Assembly: GCA_035541015.1 (NCBI GenBank)
Contig: DATLFM010000035.1
Span: 1-63,515, forward strand
Source: Thermoplasmatota archaeon
GTDB taxonomy: Archaea; Thermoplasmatota; SW-10-69-26; JACQPN01; JAIVGT01
Direction: 5' to 3'
Length of the DNA stretch: 63,515 bases
This document shows, in pieces, positions 53,853-61,893 of the stretch. Position 1 is the stretch's first letter, and the number at the start of each line of letters is the position of its first letter. Made by a program: the position numbers and the translations under genes. The notes beneath the pieces are model-generated. The model was not told the origin of the DNA and ran no database searches. It worked only from the letters and a program-made list of their open reading frames with translations.

Positions 53853-54857
53853 ATGGAGACCGACTTCAAGGTCTTGAAGGCCGCCCAGAAGGGCACCCGC
53901 TCGATCGCCAACGACGTCCAATGGGTGAGCGCCACCTGCAAGCGGCTCATCGAAGAGGTCGCCAAGGTCATCGTCGGCAAGCCGCACGTCCTCGAGCTTG
54001 TCACGGTCGACGTGCTCACGGCCGGCAACATCCTTTTCGAGGACTTCCCCGGCCTTGCAAAGTCGCTCATGGCGAGCACCTTCTCGCGCGCCTCGGGCTC
54101 CGACTTCAAGCGCATCCAGTTCACGCCGGACCTTCTGCCCGCCGACATCACGGGCATCTACATGTACAACCAACGCACGGGCGAGTTCGAGTTCCGGCCC
54201 GGCCCGGTCTTCACGAACTTCCTGCTCGCGGACGAGATCAACCGCGCGCCCCCCAAGACCCAATCGGCCCTTCTCGAGACCATGCAGGAGCGCCAGGTGA
54301 CGGTCGAAGGCAACACGCACGCGCTTGCCAAGCCCTACATCGTGCTTGCCACCCAGAACCCCGTCGAGCAGGAGGGAACCTACCCGCTCCCGGAGGCGCA
54401 GATGGACCGCTTCCTGATGAAGATGAGCGTGGGGTACCCGTCGCGCAAGGAGGAGGTCGAGATCCTCCGCCGACGCATGGTGCGCAAGAAGGACGACGTC
54501 GACGTGAAAGCCGTCACGACGCCCGAGGAGATCGTGAAGATGCAGAAGATCGTCGAGGAGATCCACACCGACGACGGCATCATGGAGTACATCGGCGAGA
54601 TCGTCTCGCGCACGCGCGAGGACCCCCGCATGGAGGTCGGCTCGTCGCCCCGCGGTTCGCTTGCCCTGTTCAAGGCGTCTCGCAGCTACGCCGCGGTGCA
54701 GGGCCGCGACTACGTCGTGCCCGACGACGTGAAGCGCATCCTCATGCCCAGCATGGCCCACCGCATGATCCTCAAGCCCGAGCCCAAGCTCAAGGGCGTG
54801 AAGACCGAGGACGTGCTGAAGAAGATCATCGACGAAGTGCCCGTGCCCAAGACGTGA
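53853..54857 (+). CDS. moxR: MoxR-family AAA+ ATPase (334 aa)
   Basis: P-loop region ILFEDFPGLAKS. Walker B FLLADEINRAPPKTQSALLETMQERQVTVEG. Also LATQNPVEQEGTYPLPEAQMDRF and the C-terminal SPRGSLALFKASRSYAAVQGRDYVVPDDVK typical of MoxR. Confidence 0.9.
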   Translation: METDFKVLKAAQKGTRSIANDVQWVSATCKRLIEEVAKVIVGKPHVLELVTVDVLTAGNILFEDFPGLAKSLMASTFSRASGSDFKRIQFTPDLLPADITGIYMYNQRTGEFEFRPGPVFTNFLLADEINRAPPKTQSALLETMQERQVTVEGNTHALAKPYIVLATQNPVEQEGTYPLPEAQMDRFLMKMSVGYPSRKEEVEILRRRMVRKKDDVDVKAVTTPEEIVKMQKIVEEIHTDDGIMEYIGEIVSRTREDPRMEVGSSPRGSLALFKASRSYAAVQGRDYVVPDDVKRILMPSMAHRMILKPEPKLKGVKTEDVLKKIIDEVPVPKT

Positions 54858-54865
54858 GGCGGGCC

Positions 54866-54900
54866 CGCAACGTCGCGCGCGACGCGTCGTCGACGTTGCG
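54866..54900 (+). terminator. Perfect 10-bp inverted repeat immediately after the moxR stop (terminator-like, no T-run)
   Basis: CGCAACGTCG (54866-54875) pairs with CGACGTTGCG (54891-54900). The loop contains the palindrome CGACGCGTCG (54880-54889). Confidence 0.4.
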
Positions 54901-55122
54901 ATGATCATTCATCGCAGACGGGTCCGTTGGAAAACGCCGCTATCGGGAATTTTTATTTCCTGCAAAATATGGTTTGCCAAAGTACTTCTCGGGCCACCGC
55001 GTTTGCGGCGATGCCCACGGAACCCATCCCCCCAGCACCCGCTTGTTTCCCCGGTTGCGTGGGCTCCAACTCCCCGCCCAAATCGAAAGGAAGAAGCCCG
55101 GCCCAGGCTAGCACGGCCTGGC

Positions 55123-56373
55123 ATGCCCCGCCGTCTGCTTGCGCTCTCCGCCATGGGCCGCGATCGCCCGGGGCTCATCGCCGACGTCTCGGGCGCCGTC
55201 ACGAAGACCGGCGGCAACATCGTGCACGTCGAGGAGTCGGCGCTTCGCGGCATGTTCAGCATGTTCATGCTCGTCGAGGTGCCCGGCGTCGCCGAGGCGC
55301 TTCCCCTCTTCGAGGCGCGCGACCGGCTGCTCGAGGCCCTGCGCGGGATCGACCTTGAGATCAACCTCGAGGTCGTCGACGAGGGGGCGCTCTCCGCGCG
55401 GAAGCGGCGCGACCTCAAGGTCATCACGATCATGGGCCAGGATACGCGCGGGGTCATGCACGGCATCACCCGTACGATCGCCGCCCACGGCGCCAACATC
55501 GAACGCATGCGGCACGTGGCAAGCGGCGACTTCATGGCCTTCGAGATCCTCGTCGACGTCACCGGGCGCGACCTTGCCGAGCTCAAGCGCGACTTGCGGG
55601 CGACCTGCGAGGCGCTTGGCGTCGACGCCATCGTGCAGCCCGACAGCATGTTCCGCACACGAAAGCGGCTCGTCGTCTTCGACGTCGACTCCACGATCGT
55701 GGAGGGCGAGATCATCGACGAGCTTGCGAAGGCGGCCGGCGTGGGCGACCGCGTGGCCGCGATCACGGAGCGCGCCATGCGCGGTGAGGTGGACTTCAAA
55801 AAGGCGCTCGAGGAGCGCGTGTCCATGCTGGCGGGCCTTCCCGTGGGCGACCTCGAGCGCATCGCGGACTCGATGAAGCTCACGCCGGGGACCGAGGAGC
55901 TCGTGTACGCCTTGAAGCGCATGGGGTTCAAGGTGGGCCTCATCAGCGGCGGGTTCACGTTCTTCACCGATCGGCTGCAGCGGGAGCTTGGCTTCGACTA
56001 CGCGTTTGCCAACGAGCTTGAGATCAAGAACGGCAAGCTCACGGGCCGCGTGAAGGGGCCCATCATCGACCGCGAGCGCAAGGGCAACATCCTCAAGCGG
56101 CTCCTCCGCAAGGAGGGCCTGCGACGCGACGAGGTCGTGGCGGTGGGCGACGGGGCCAACGACACGATCATGATCAAGAACGCGGGCCTTGGCATCGCCT
56201 TCGACGCGAAAGAGGTGCTGAAGAAGGTGGCCGACGGGTCCCTCACGCGGCGGAACCTCGAAGGCCTCCTCTATGCGCTGGGCGCCACCGATTCCGACCT
56301 GGAGGGCGTGCGCAAATCGCGCCGCAAGGGCGCCGGCTCCGGGAAGCGTCAGCGCCCCAGCGGGTCGCGGTAG
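55123..56373 (+). CDS. serB: Phosphoserine phosphatase with two N-terminal ACT domains
   Basis: ACT-like segments GRDRPGLIADVSGAVTKTGGNIVHVEE and GQDTRGVMHGITRTIAAHGANIERM. HAD motifs VVFDVDSTIVEGE and VAVGDGANDTIMIKNAGLGIAF. The start was taken at ATG 55123 (MPRRLLALSAMGRDRPG); the ORF-track start 54901 adds an implausible leader. Confidence 0.85.
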   Translation: MPRRLLALSAMGRDRPGLIADVSGAVTKTGGNIVHVEESALRGMFSMFMLVEVPGVAEALPLFEARDRLLEALRGIDLEINLEVVDEGALSARKRRDLKVITIMGQDTRGVMHGITRTIAAHGANIERMRHVASGDFMAFEILVDVTGRDLAELKRDLRATCEALGVDAIVQPDSMFRTRKRLVVFDVDSTIVEGEIIDELAKAAGVGDRVAAITERAMRGEVDFKKALEERVSMLAGLPVGDLERIADSMKLTPGTEELVYALKRMGFKVGLISGGFTFFTDRLQRELGFDYAFANELEIKNGKLTGRVKGPIIDRERKGNILKRLLRKEGLRRDEVVAVGDGANDTIMIKNAGLGIAFDAKEVLKKVADGSLTRRNLEGLLYALGATDSDLEGVRKSRRKGAGSGKRQRPSGSR

Positions 56374-56750
56374 AGGCGCCAGCCCCCGCCCATCGTCTCG
56401 AAGCCTCCATACAAGTGCGAGAGATCGGCCCATTCGTCCTTGAGCGCCCGCGCGGCAAACGCCGCGCGAGCGGCGATCGCGGCGCGCGCGGCCGAAGCCT
56501 GCAGTTCTTCCGGCAGCCGCACGCCGTACACGAGCGCCGCGCCGCTATAGACGGAGGCGCGCGGCTCCGTCACGTCGTCGAGCGCAAAGAGAAGCCGTGG
56601 AGGTACGTCGCGCGGATGCACGTCCGTGACGACGACCTCGGCCACGCCCGCCTCGATCCATTCCAAGGCCGTGGAGGCGTCGTTTCCCACGCCCACCTCC
56701 ACCACCTTGCGCGCGGAGCCGAAGCGGGAGAGGAGGCGGCGGGGCACCAC
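56349..56750 (-). CDS. UPF0146-family protein (methyltransferase-like fold, ~133 aa)
   Basis: ...KVVEVGVGNDASTALEWIEAGVAEVVVTDVHP...LFALDDVTEPRASVYSGAALVYGVRLPEELQ resembles the archaeal UPF0146 family. The start was moved to GTG 56750, which is 34 nt downstream of the minus-strand TTTATAC (56784-56778). The 3' end overlaps serB by 25 nt. Confidence 0.6.
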   Translation of the reverse strand: MVPRRLLSRFGSARKVVEVGVGNDASTALEWIEAGVAEVVVTDVHPRDVPPRLLFALDDVTEPRASVYSGAALVYGVRLPEELQASAARAAIAARAAFAARALKDEWADLSHLYGGFETMGGGWRLYRDPLGR

Positions 56751-56759
56751 GACGAGGCC

Positions 56760-56784
56760 TTTATAGTCGCCCGCCCGGTATAAA
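56760..56784. promoter_or_regulatory. Back-to-back divergent TATA boxes
   Basis: TTTATAG at 56760-56766 (+) starts 31 nt before ATG 56791. GTATAAA at 56778-56784 (TTTATAC on the - strand) starts 34 nt before GTG 56750. Each TATA box lies beyond the other gene's start codon. Confidence 0.55.
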
Positions 56785-56790
56785 CGTACG

Positions 56791-57231
56791 ATGATTCGCC
56801 TGCGGAACTTCGAGCCGGACGACCTGTTTCCGGTCCTCCGCCTGGCGAACCAGACGCTCAACGAGAACTACGAGGGCGGCCTCTTCCTGCACCTGGCCGA
56901 CCTCTATCCCGACGGCTTCATCCTGGCCGAGGAGCGAAACCGCATCGTGGGCTTCATCCTGGGCGTCGTCGAGCGCGCGTACGAAGCGCGCATCCTCATC
57001 CTGGCCGTGGACGAGGAGTTCCGCAACCGCGGCATCGGGACGCAGCTCGTGCGGCTGTTCGTCGAGCGGTTCCGCAAGGGTGGAGTGCGCAAGGTGAAGC
57101 TCGAAGTGCGCATCTCGAACACGCCGGCGATCGGGCTGTACGAGCGGTTGGGATTCGAACGGAAAAAAGTCCTCCCCGCCTACTACGCGGACGGGGAGGA
57201 TGCCTACCTCATGTCGAAAACGATCGCTTGA
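56791..57231 (+). CDS. rimI: GNAT family N-acetyltransferase (RimI/Ard1-like, 146 aa)
   Basis: Acetyl-CoA binding motif LAVDEEFRNRGIGTQLV, followed by LEVRISNTPAIGLYERLGFE. Confidence 0.75.
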   Translation: MIRLRNFEPDDLFPVLRLANQTLNENYEGGLFLHLADLYPDGFILAEERNRIVGFILGVVERAYEARILILAVDEEFRNRGIGTQLVRLFVERFRKGGVRKVKLEVRISNTPAIGLYERLGFERKKVLPAYYADGEDAYLMSKTIA

Positions 57232-57240
57232 CGGACGGGC

Positions 57241-57522
57241 TCAGTTCGCCTTGGCCCGCTCCATCTTCATGAGCATTTCGGTCATGCGGGTCGACATGCG
57301 GGCCGCGCCGTTCTCCTCGCCTGCCGACAGGCAGTCGGCGATCTCCTTCCCGAGCGTGAAGATGGCTTTCTTGTGCTCGGTCTTGCTGCGGTGCACGTGA
57401 ATCGGGCTGATGTTCATCGCCTTGTAGGTCGTGAAGGCCCCATTCATCGACCCGTTGCTTTCGATGTAGTTCTTGATTTGGCACAGCAACGTGTGCATTT
57501 GAATAAGCTCATCCTTGTGCAT
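57241..57522 (-). CDS. UPF0058-family small protein (93 aa)
   Basis: MHKDELIQMHTLLCQIKNYIESN... resembles the archaeal UPF0058 family. The start was taken at ATG 57522. On the minus strand, GGAGGGG lies 6 nt upstream and TTTAAA (57546-57551) lies about 29 nt upstream. Confidence 0.65.
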   Translation of the reverse strand: MHKDELIQMHTLLCQIKNYIESNGSMNGAFTTYKAMNISPIHVHRSKTEHKKAIFTLGKEIADCLSAGEENGAARMSTRMTEMLMKMERAKAN

Positions 57523-57698
57523 GGATCCCCTCCAGAGCACCGCCCTTTAAAGCGCGCGTGGAGCGGATAAAGGTTCCGCCGTTTCGGAGGATTTCCGCGA
57601 AAGTCCTGCTTTTTCATCCCAAGCGTCTTCGAACTCCACCGGAAACCCGAGTCGTCACATGGTTTTCCATTGCGTCCGATGCACGCGGGTGCCGCAAG

Positions 57699-58568
57699 CT
57701 ACGGCTTTTGTGCGCCCTTCTCGTCCCACGCGTAGAATCCGCGGCCGCTCTTCCGGCCGAGGTGGCCCGCCTGCACCTTCCGGACAAGGAGCGGGCAGGG
57801 CCGGTACTTGGGGTCGCCAAACCCGTCGTGGAGGACGCGCAGGATGGCAAGACACGTGTCCAGGCCGATGAAATCCGCGAGCTCCAGCGGGCCCATCGGG
57901 TGGTTCATGCCCAGCTTCATCACCGTGTCGATCTCGTCGCGCCCCGCCACGCCCTCCTGCAACGCGAAGATGGCTTCGTTGATCATGGGCATGAGCACGC
58001 GGTTGGACACGAAACCGGGATAGTCGTGGACCTCGACGGGCGTCTTTCCCATGCGGACGGCCGCGTCCATGACGGCCTTCGTCGTCGCGTCGTCGGTCGC
58101 CTCGCCGCGGATGACTTCAACGAGCTTCATGACGGGCACGGGGTTGAAGAAGTGCATGCCCACGAAGCGTTCGGGGCGGCGCGTCGCGCTGGCCAAAAGC
58201 GTGATGGAGATGCTGCTCGTGTTGGAGGCGAAGATCGCCTCGCGCTTGCAGGCTGCGTCGAGCTCGCGCCACAGCTCGCGTTTGGCCGCGACGTCCTCCA
58301 CGATGGCCTCGACGACGAGGTCGGCGTCGGCGGCGTCGCGAGGGGAAAGCGTTCCGCGGATGCGCGACAGGATCCGCGCGGATTCGCCCGCGGGAATCTT
58401 GCCCTTGGACTCGAGCTTCTCCAGGCTTCCCCGGATCGACGCGAATCCGCGGTCGACGAACTCCTGCTTCACGTCGCGCAGGACCACGTCGTAGCCGGCC
58501 GCCGCCGCCACCTGCGCGATGCCGGCGCCCATCTGGCCCGCGCCCAAAACGGCGATCCTCTGAACCAT
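57699..58568 (-). CDS. hbd: 3-hydroxyacyl-CoA / 3-hydroxybutyryl-CoA dehydrogenase (289 aa)
   Basis: Rossmann N-terminus [29 protein letters not shown]. Also [28 protein letters not shown], and the C-terminal [16 protein letters not shown]...GRKSGRGFY. Confidence 0.9.
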   Translation of the reverse strand: MVQRIAVLGAGQMGAGIAQVAAAAGYDVVLRDVKQEFVDRGFASIRGSLEKLESKGKIPAGESARILSRIRGTLSPRDAADADLVVEAIVEDVAAKRELWRELDAACKREAIFASNTSSISITLLASATRRPERFVGMHFFNPVPVMKLVEVIRGEATDDATTKAVMDAAVRMGKTPVEVHDYPGFVSNRVLMPMINEAIFALQEGVAGRDEIDTVMKLGMNHPMGPLELADFIGLDTCLAILRVLHDGFGDPKYRPCPLLVRKVQAGHLGRKSGRGFYAWDEKGAQKP

Positions 58569-58591
58569 GCAATCCCCAAAGCGAAGGAAAC

Positions 58592-58597
58592 CTTAAG
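58592..58597. promoter_or_regulatory. Shared palindromic AT element (CTTAAG) between divergent hbd and bcp
   Basis: The only AT-rich element in the 59-nt spacer. It lies 24 nt from the hbd ATG (58568, -) and 31 nt from the bcp ATG (58628, +). Confidence 0.35.
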
Positions 58598-58627
58598 CTC
58601 GACGGAGCGCTGGAACGTACGATCCGC

Positions 58628-59107
58628 ATGTCCGATCCAGGTCCCTATCCGGCGGAGGGAACGAAGGCCCCGTCCTTCACGATGGTCGCCGACAACGGCG
58701 AGAAGGTGAGCCTGTCGGACTTCCGGGGCAAGAAGGTCGTGCTCTACTTCTACCCGGAGGACGACACGCCCGGATGCACGAAGGAGTCGTGCAGCTTCCG
58801 CGACCACCACGCCGAGATCCTGGCGCGCGGCGCCGTGGTGCTCGGCGTAAGCCGCGACGGGACCGAGAGCCACGTGAAGTTCAAGCGCAAGTACGGGCTG
58901 CCGTTTCTCCTGCTCACGGACGCGGACGGCGCCGTGTGCCAAGCCTACGGAGTGTGGCAGAAAAAAACGTTCATGGGCAAGACGTACATGGGTATCGCCC
59001 GCACCACGTTTGTCGTCGGTGCCGACGGAAGGATCCAGAAGGTCTTCCCGAAGGTGAACGTCGACGCGCACACGCCCGAGGTGCTGGCGGCCTTGGACGC
59101 CGCCTAG
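58628..59107 (+). CDS. bcp: Thiol peroxidase / peroxiredoxin Bcp (159 aa)
   Basis: KVVLYFYPEDDTPGCTKESCSFRD contains the peroxidatic Cys motif. GVSRDGTESHVKFKRKYGLPFLLLTD also matches. Confidence 0.9.
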   Translation: MSDPGPYPAEGTKAPSFTMVADNGEKVSLSDFRGKKVVLYFYPEDDTPGCTKESCSFRDHHAEILARGAVVLGVSRDGTESHVKFKRKYGLPFLLLTDADGAVCQAYGVWQKKTFMGKTYMGIARTTFVVGADGRIQKVFPKVNVDAHTPEVLAALDAA

Positions 59108-59152
59108 TTCCGCATGACCCGGAGGGTCTCGCGGAACGCTAGTTCCGCATGA
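59104..59152. repeat. 14-nt direct repeat CTAGTTCCGCATGA x2, 35 nt apart
   Basis: Copies at 59104-59117 and 59139-59152 are identical. Copy 1 contains the bcp stop (TAG 59105-07). Copy 2 contains the minus-strand stop (CTA 59139-41). Confidence 0.9.
59107..59137. terminator. Hairpin between convergent bcp and the small ORF
   Basis: GTTCCGC (59107-13) pairs with GCGGAAC (59131-37) and GACCC (59116-20) pairs with GGGTC (59124-28), with a 2x2 internal loop and a 3-nt loop. GCGGAAC can alternatively pair with the second GTTCCGC at 59142-48. Confidence 0.45.
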
Positions 59153-59354
59153 TCTTCATGAAGCCGCCGGACTCGTAGACGGCCAGGCGGCGGGTCTTGA
59201 GGGTCGTGGCGAAGTCGTCCCAACCGAGGATCTCGAAGTTGACGCCGCCCCTGCGCGTGAACTGCAGGACGTCGGTTCCCTTCACGCGCGCGGGCCTCAG
59301 GCGGGCCTTCGTGGCGATCTTCTGCGCCTTCTCGACCGTGATCTTCTGCATCAT
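59139..59354 (-). CDS. Small hypothetical protein (71 aa)
   Basis: MMQKITVEKAQKIATKARLRPARVKGTDVLQFTRRGGVNFEILGWDDFATTLKTRRLAVYESGGFMKIMRN. The composition is balanced. On the minus strand, GGAAGGGA lies just upstream of the ATG and TTTTTTAT lies about 56 nt upstream. The longer ORF-track extension to 59684 is Arg/Pro-rich junk. No family recognised. Confidence 0.5.
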   Translation of the reverse strand: MMQKITVEKAQKIATKARLRPARVKGTDVLQFTRRGGVNFEILGWDDFATTLKTRRLAVYESGGFMKIMRN

Positions 59355-59473
59355 GCTGCATCCCTTCCGAGCCTTGCGGCCCACCCTCCAGATTCGGAGC
59401 GTCGCATAAAAAAGCGTCGAATTGGATCGGCCCCGTCCGATACTTTGATGGAGGGCCCCTCGTTGGAAAGGCG

Positions 59474-60619
59474 ATGCGTCGGCGCGTGGCGTTGACCTGC
59501 CCGTGGTTTGCGCCCCACGTGGGTGGCGTGGAGAGCCACGTGGCTTCGCTTGCCGAGGGCCTCTCGCGCCAAGGCCACGACGTGACCGTCCTGACAACGG
59601 CGGTTCCCGGCGCACCGGCGCGCGAGGGCATGGGTCCCTACACCGTCGTGCGGGTTCCCGAACGGCTGCGGCTTTTCGCCACACCCGTCACGCCGGCGCT
59701 TGCGCCGGCGATCCGGCAGGGGGAATTCGACCTCGTGCACGCCCACACGCCGCCTCCCCTCACCTCCTGGTACGCGTCCCAAGCGGCGGCGTCCTCGGGC
59801 GTTCCCTTCGTCCTCACGTACCACTGCGACCTCGAGATCCCGCGCCCGGGCGGAGCCTTCGTCGTGCGGGCCTACGAGCGCACGCTTGGCGCGCGCACGA
59901 TCGCGCGCGCCCGCCGCGTGATCGCCACGACGCGGACCTACGCGAGGACGTCGCGGGCGCTCTGGCGCCGGGAGCCCGACGTGGTCCCCAACCCCGTGGA
60001 CGAGCGCCGGTTCCACCCGGACGTTTCGCCGGCGGCGGCGCGGGCGCGCCTTGGCTTCGAGCGCCGGCGCATCGTGCTGTTCGTCGGTCGCCTCACCCAC
60101 CACAAGGGCATCGAGGCGTTCGTGGGCGCCGCGCGGCACACGCCCGAAGACGTCGTGCACCTCGTGCTCGGTCGGGGCCCCGAGGAGGCGCGCGCCAAGC
60201 AATTGGCGCGGCCGCTTGGCGCCAAAGTGCGGTTCCTCGGCGGCATCGCCCACGAGGAGCTTCCGTCGTTCTACGCTGCCGCCGACGTGGCCGTGCTCGC
60301 TTCCGTCTCGCGGCTGGAGGCGTTTGGCATCGCGGCGCTTGAGGCCATGGCGACGGGGAAGCCGGTGATCGCAAGCGACATCCCCGGCGTCCGCGAGGTC
60401 GTCCGCGAGGGCGAGACAGGCCTCCTTGCGCGACCGCTCGACGCCGTCGACCTCGCGCAGAAGATCAACGCGGTCCTCTCGGATCCGGAGCGGGCGCGCG
60501 CGATGGGAAAGCGAGGGCGCGCGCTCGTGGAGGAGGAGTTTGCGATCGACAAGGTGGCCGCCCGGGTCGAGCGCGTGTACGAGAAGGCCCTCGAGGGACC
60601 TTCCCGCGCTACTTCTTGA
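59474..60619 (+). CDS. Glycosyltransferase family 4 (GT-B, 381 aa)
   Basis: N-terminal [29 protein letters not shown]-terminal [36 protein letters not shown] (E-x7-E type motif). Confidence 0.85.
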   Translation: MRRRVALTCPWFAPHVGGVESHVASLAEGLSRQGHDVTVLTTAVPGAPAREGMGPYTVVRVPERLRLFATPVTPALAPAIRQGEFDLVHAHTPPPLTSWYASQAAASSGVPFVLTYHCDLEIPRPGGAFVVRAYERTLGARTIARARRVIATTRTYARTSRALWRREPDVVPNPVDERRFHPDVSPAAARARLGFERRRIVLFVGRLTHHKGIEAFVGAARHTPEDVVHLVLGRGPEEARAKQLARPLGAKVRFLGGIAHEELPSFYAAADVAVLASVSRLEAFGIAALEAMATGKPVIASDIPGVREVVREGETGLLARPLDAVDLAQKINAVLSDPERARAMGKRGRALVEEEFAIDKVAARVERVYEKALEGPSRATS

Positions 60620-60833
60620 ACTCGGTGTACCCGCACGAGCCGCAGGCGAAACGGTTCTTGTGCTCGGCGAGGAAGATGCCGGGCCCGCACTTCGGGCACG
60701 CGCGTCGCAGGCGCTTGAGCGCGCCCCCCTCGAGCGCGTAGAGCCCGCGGCGGCCCACGGGGCCCGCAGGCGCCGCGGCTTTGCCGCCCTTGGCCGCGGG
60801 CTTGCCGCCCTTTCCGCCCTTCGCATCGGCCAT
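60609..60833 (-). CDS. rps27ae: 30S ribosomal protein S27ae (eS31)
   Basis: Zinc ribbon [27 protein letters not shown] preceded by a Lys/Gly-rich N-tail. The gene directly follows the eS24 gene. Confidence 0.9.
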   Translation of the reverse strand: MADAKGGKGGKPAAKGGKAAAPAGPVGRRGLYALEGGALKRLRRACPKCGPGIFLAEHKNRFACGSCGYTEFKK

Positions 60834-61178
60834 CTAACGGCCTCCCTTCTTGGCCGAGGCGGCCGGCGCGGCCGCGGCCTTGGCGCGCTTCTCGCCCACG
60901 TCGAACCCGTTGCGCTTGAGGAGGTACCAGCGCTCCTGCTTCTTGGCCTCGTCCGCGTTTGCGTACACGCGGGCGTAGCCGGTCGTGGTGGCGCGACCAA
61001 AGTCGCTCTCCATCGCGTCGACGACGATGGCCTCCTTCTTCACCGACAGGAGGCCCGCCAGCTTTTCGCGCACGGCGTCGCGCTTGGGGGTGGGCTCGTT
61101 CGCGTGGCTGGCCGCAAAGCGCACTTCCGTTCGCTTGAGAAGCGCGTTTTCCTTCTTCGACACGATGCTCATGTCCAT
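60834..61178 (-). CDS. rps24e: 30S ribosomal protein S24e (eS24)
   Basis: MDMSIVSKKENALLKRTEVRFAASHANEPTPKRDAVREKLAGLL...GYARVYANADEAKKQERWYLLKRNG. The start was taken at ATG 61178; the ORF-track extension to 61397 is Arg/Gly junk. Confidence 0.9.
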   Translation of the reverse strand: MDMSIVSKKENALLKRTEVRFAASHANEPTPKRDAVREKLAGLLSVKKEAIVVDAMESDFGRATTTGYARVYANADEAKKQERWYLLKRNGFDVGEKRAKAAAAPAASAKKGGR

Positions 61179-61183
61179 GCGTC

Positions 61184-61708
61184 TCACTCCATGCGCAGGA
61201 GCAGCGACTCGACGAGCCGCTTGACCTGCGCGTCCGCCCGCACCACGACGACGCCCCGGTCCGGCGGCTGGCCGTAGACGACGGCCGCGCCCTCGGGGGC
61301 AAGCGCGAGGACCGGAAGCGCGGCGAGGTCCTCCTCCCCGTCCACCACGACAAGCGTGGGGCGGGACGAGGCCCAGGCGCGCGCGATGGCGTCCCACAGG
61401 GCGTCCGTGATGACGCCCGGGGGGTTGCGGGCCTGGCTGGTCACCACGTTCTTGTTCTTGAGCTTTTCTTCAAGGTGGAGGTCGATCTCGACGCGCTTTG
61501 TCAGGTGGTCCACGACCATGACCTGCGGCAGGTACCCGGCGTCGACGAACGTGGCCGTCGTGACGTCACCTACGGTGGCGACGGGCAGCCCGCGCGTGGC
61601 CTCGAACGCCTGCCGGGTGGACAGGACCGGGCCCAGGGGCGTCGCAAGCGCCGCTCGCATGGCGGCCGGAAGGCGGTGTCGAACCCGTAGGCCCGGCTCC
61701 GCGACCAT
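61184..61708 (-). CDS. GTP-dependent dephospho-CoA kinase (DUF359/UPF0218 family, 174 aa)
   Basis: Motifs LATPLGPVL, VATVGDVTT and VVVDGEEDLAALP. The conserved archaeal neighbourhood Rpo7-Spt4-DUF359-eS24-eS31 supports the call. The start ATG 61708 is preceded by GGAGGG on the minus strand. Confidence 0.75.
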   Translation of the reverse strand: MVAEPGLRVRHRLPAAMRAALATPLGPVLSTRQAFEATRGLPVATVGDVTTATFVDAGYLPQVMVVDHLTKRVEIDLHLEEKLKNKNVVTSQARNPPGVITDALWDAIARAWASSRPTLVVVDGEEDLAALPVLALAPEGAAVVYGQPPDRGVVVVRADAQVKRLVESLLLRME

Positions 61709-61713
61709 CCCTC

Positions 61714-61893
61714 CTAACGGACCTTGAGGGCGTACTTGCCGGGCGCGGTGATGTTCATCTTCTTTGCGATCTCGGACCGCTTGGCGTCGAGCACGACGAC
61801 GTAGCCCGTCCACTCCTTGGAGAGGTTCGTGCTCTTGCACGACGGGCAGGCGTCGGCCTCGGTGACCATGTGGCAATCGACGCAGGCGCGCAT
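61714..61893 (-). CDS. spt4: Transcription elongation factor Spt4 (RpoE''), 59 aa, not in the supplied ORF track
   Basis: My own translation is MRACVDCHMVTEADACPSCKSTNLSKEWTGYVVVLDAKRSEIAKKMNITAPGKYALKVR*. It has a C-x2-C...C-x2-C zinc ribbon followed by the NGN-binding part. Its ATG directly abuts the TAG stop of Rpo7 (TAGATG). Confidence 0.85.
   Translation of the reverse strand: MRACVDCHMVTEADACPSCKSTNLSKEWTGYVVVLDAKRSEIAKKMNITAPGKYALKVR

Noticed and set aside
54901-55122. The 265-nt spacer upstream of serB, with an AT-rich AATTTTTATTTCC at about 54947-54959, considered as an sRNA, riboswitch or C/D-box RNA.
   Set aside because: There are no convincing C (RUGAUGA) and D (CUGA) box pairs and no recognisable riboswitch fold by eye. 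It is most simply a TATA element followed by a long 5' UTR. Covariance-model scanning would be needed to say more.
57241-57522. Locally lower GC in the UPF0058 gene, considered as a horizontally acquired islet.
   Set aside because: The dip is explained by amino-acid composition (Lys, Asn, Ile and Met rich). Third positions are still mostly G/C, and the gene belongs to a widespread archaeal family in a housekeeping context.
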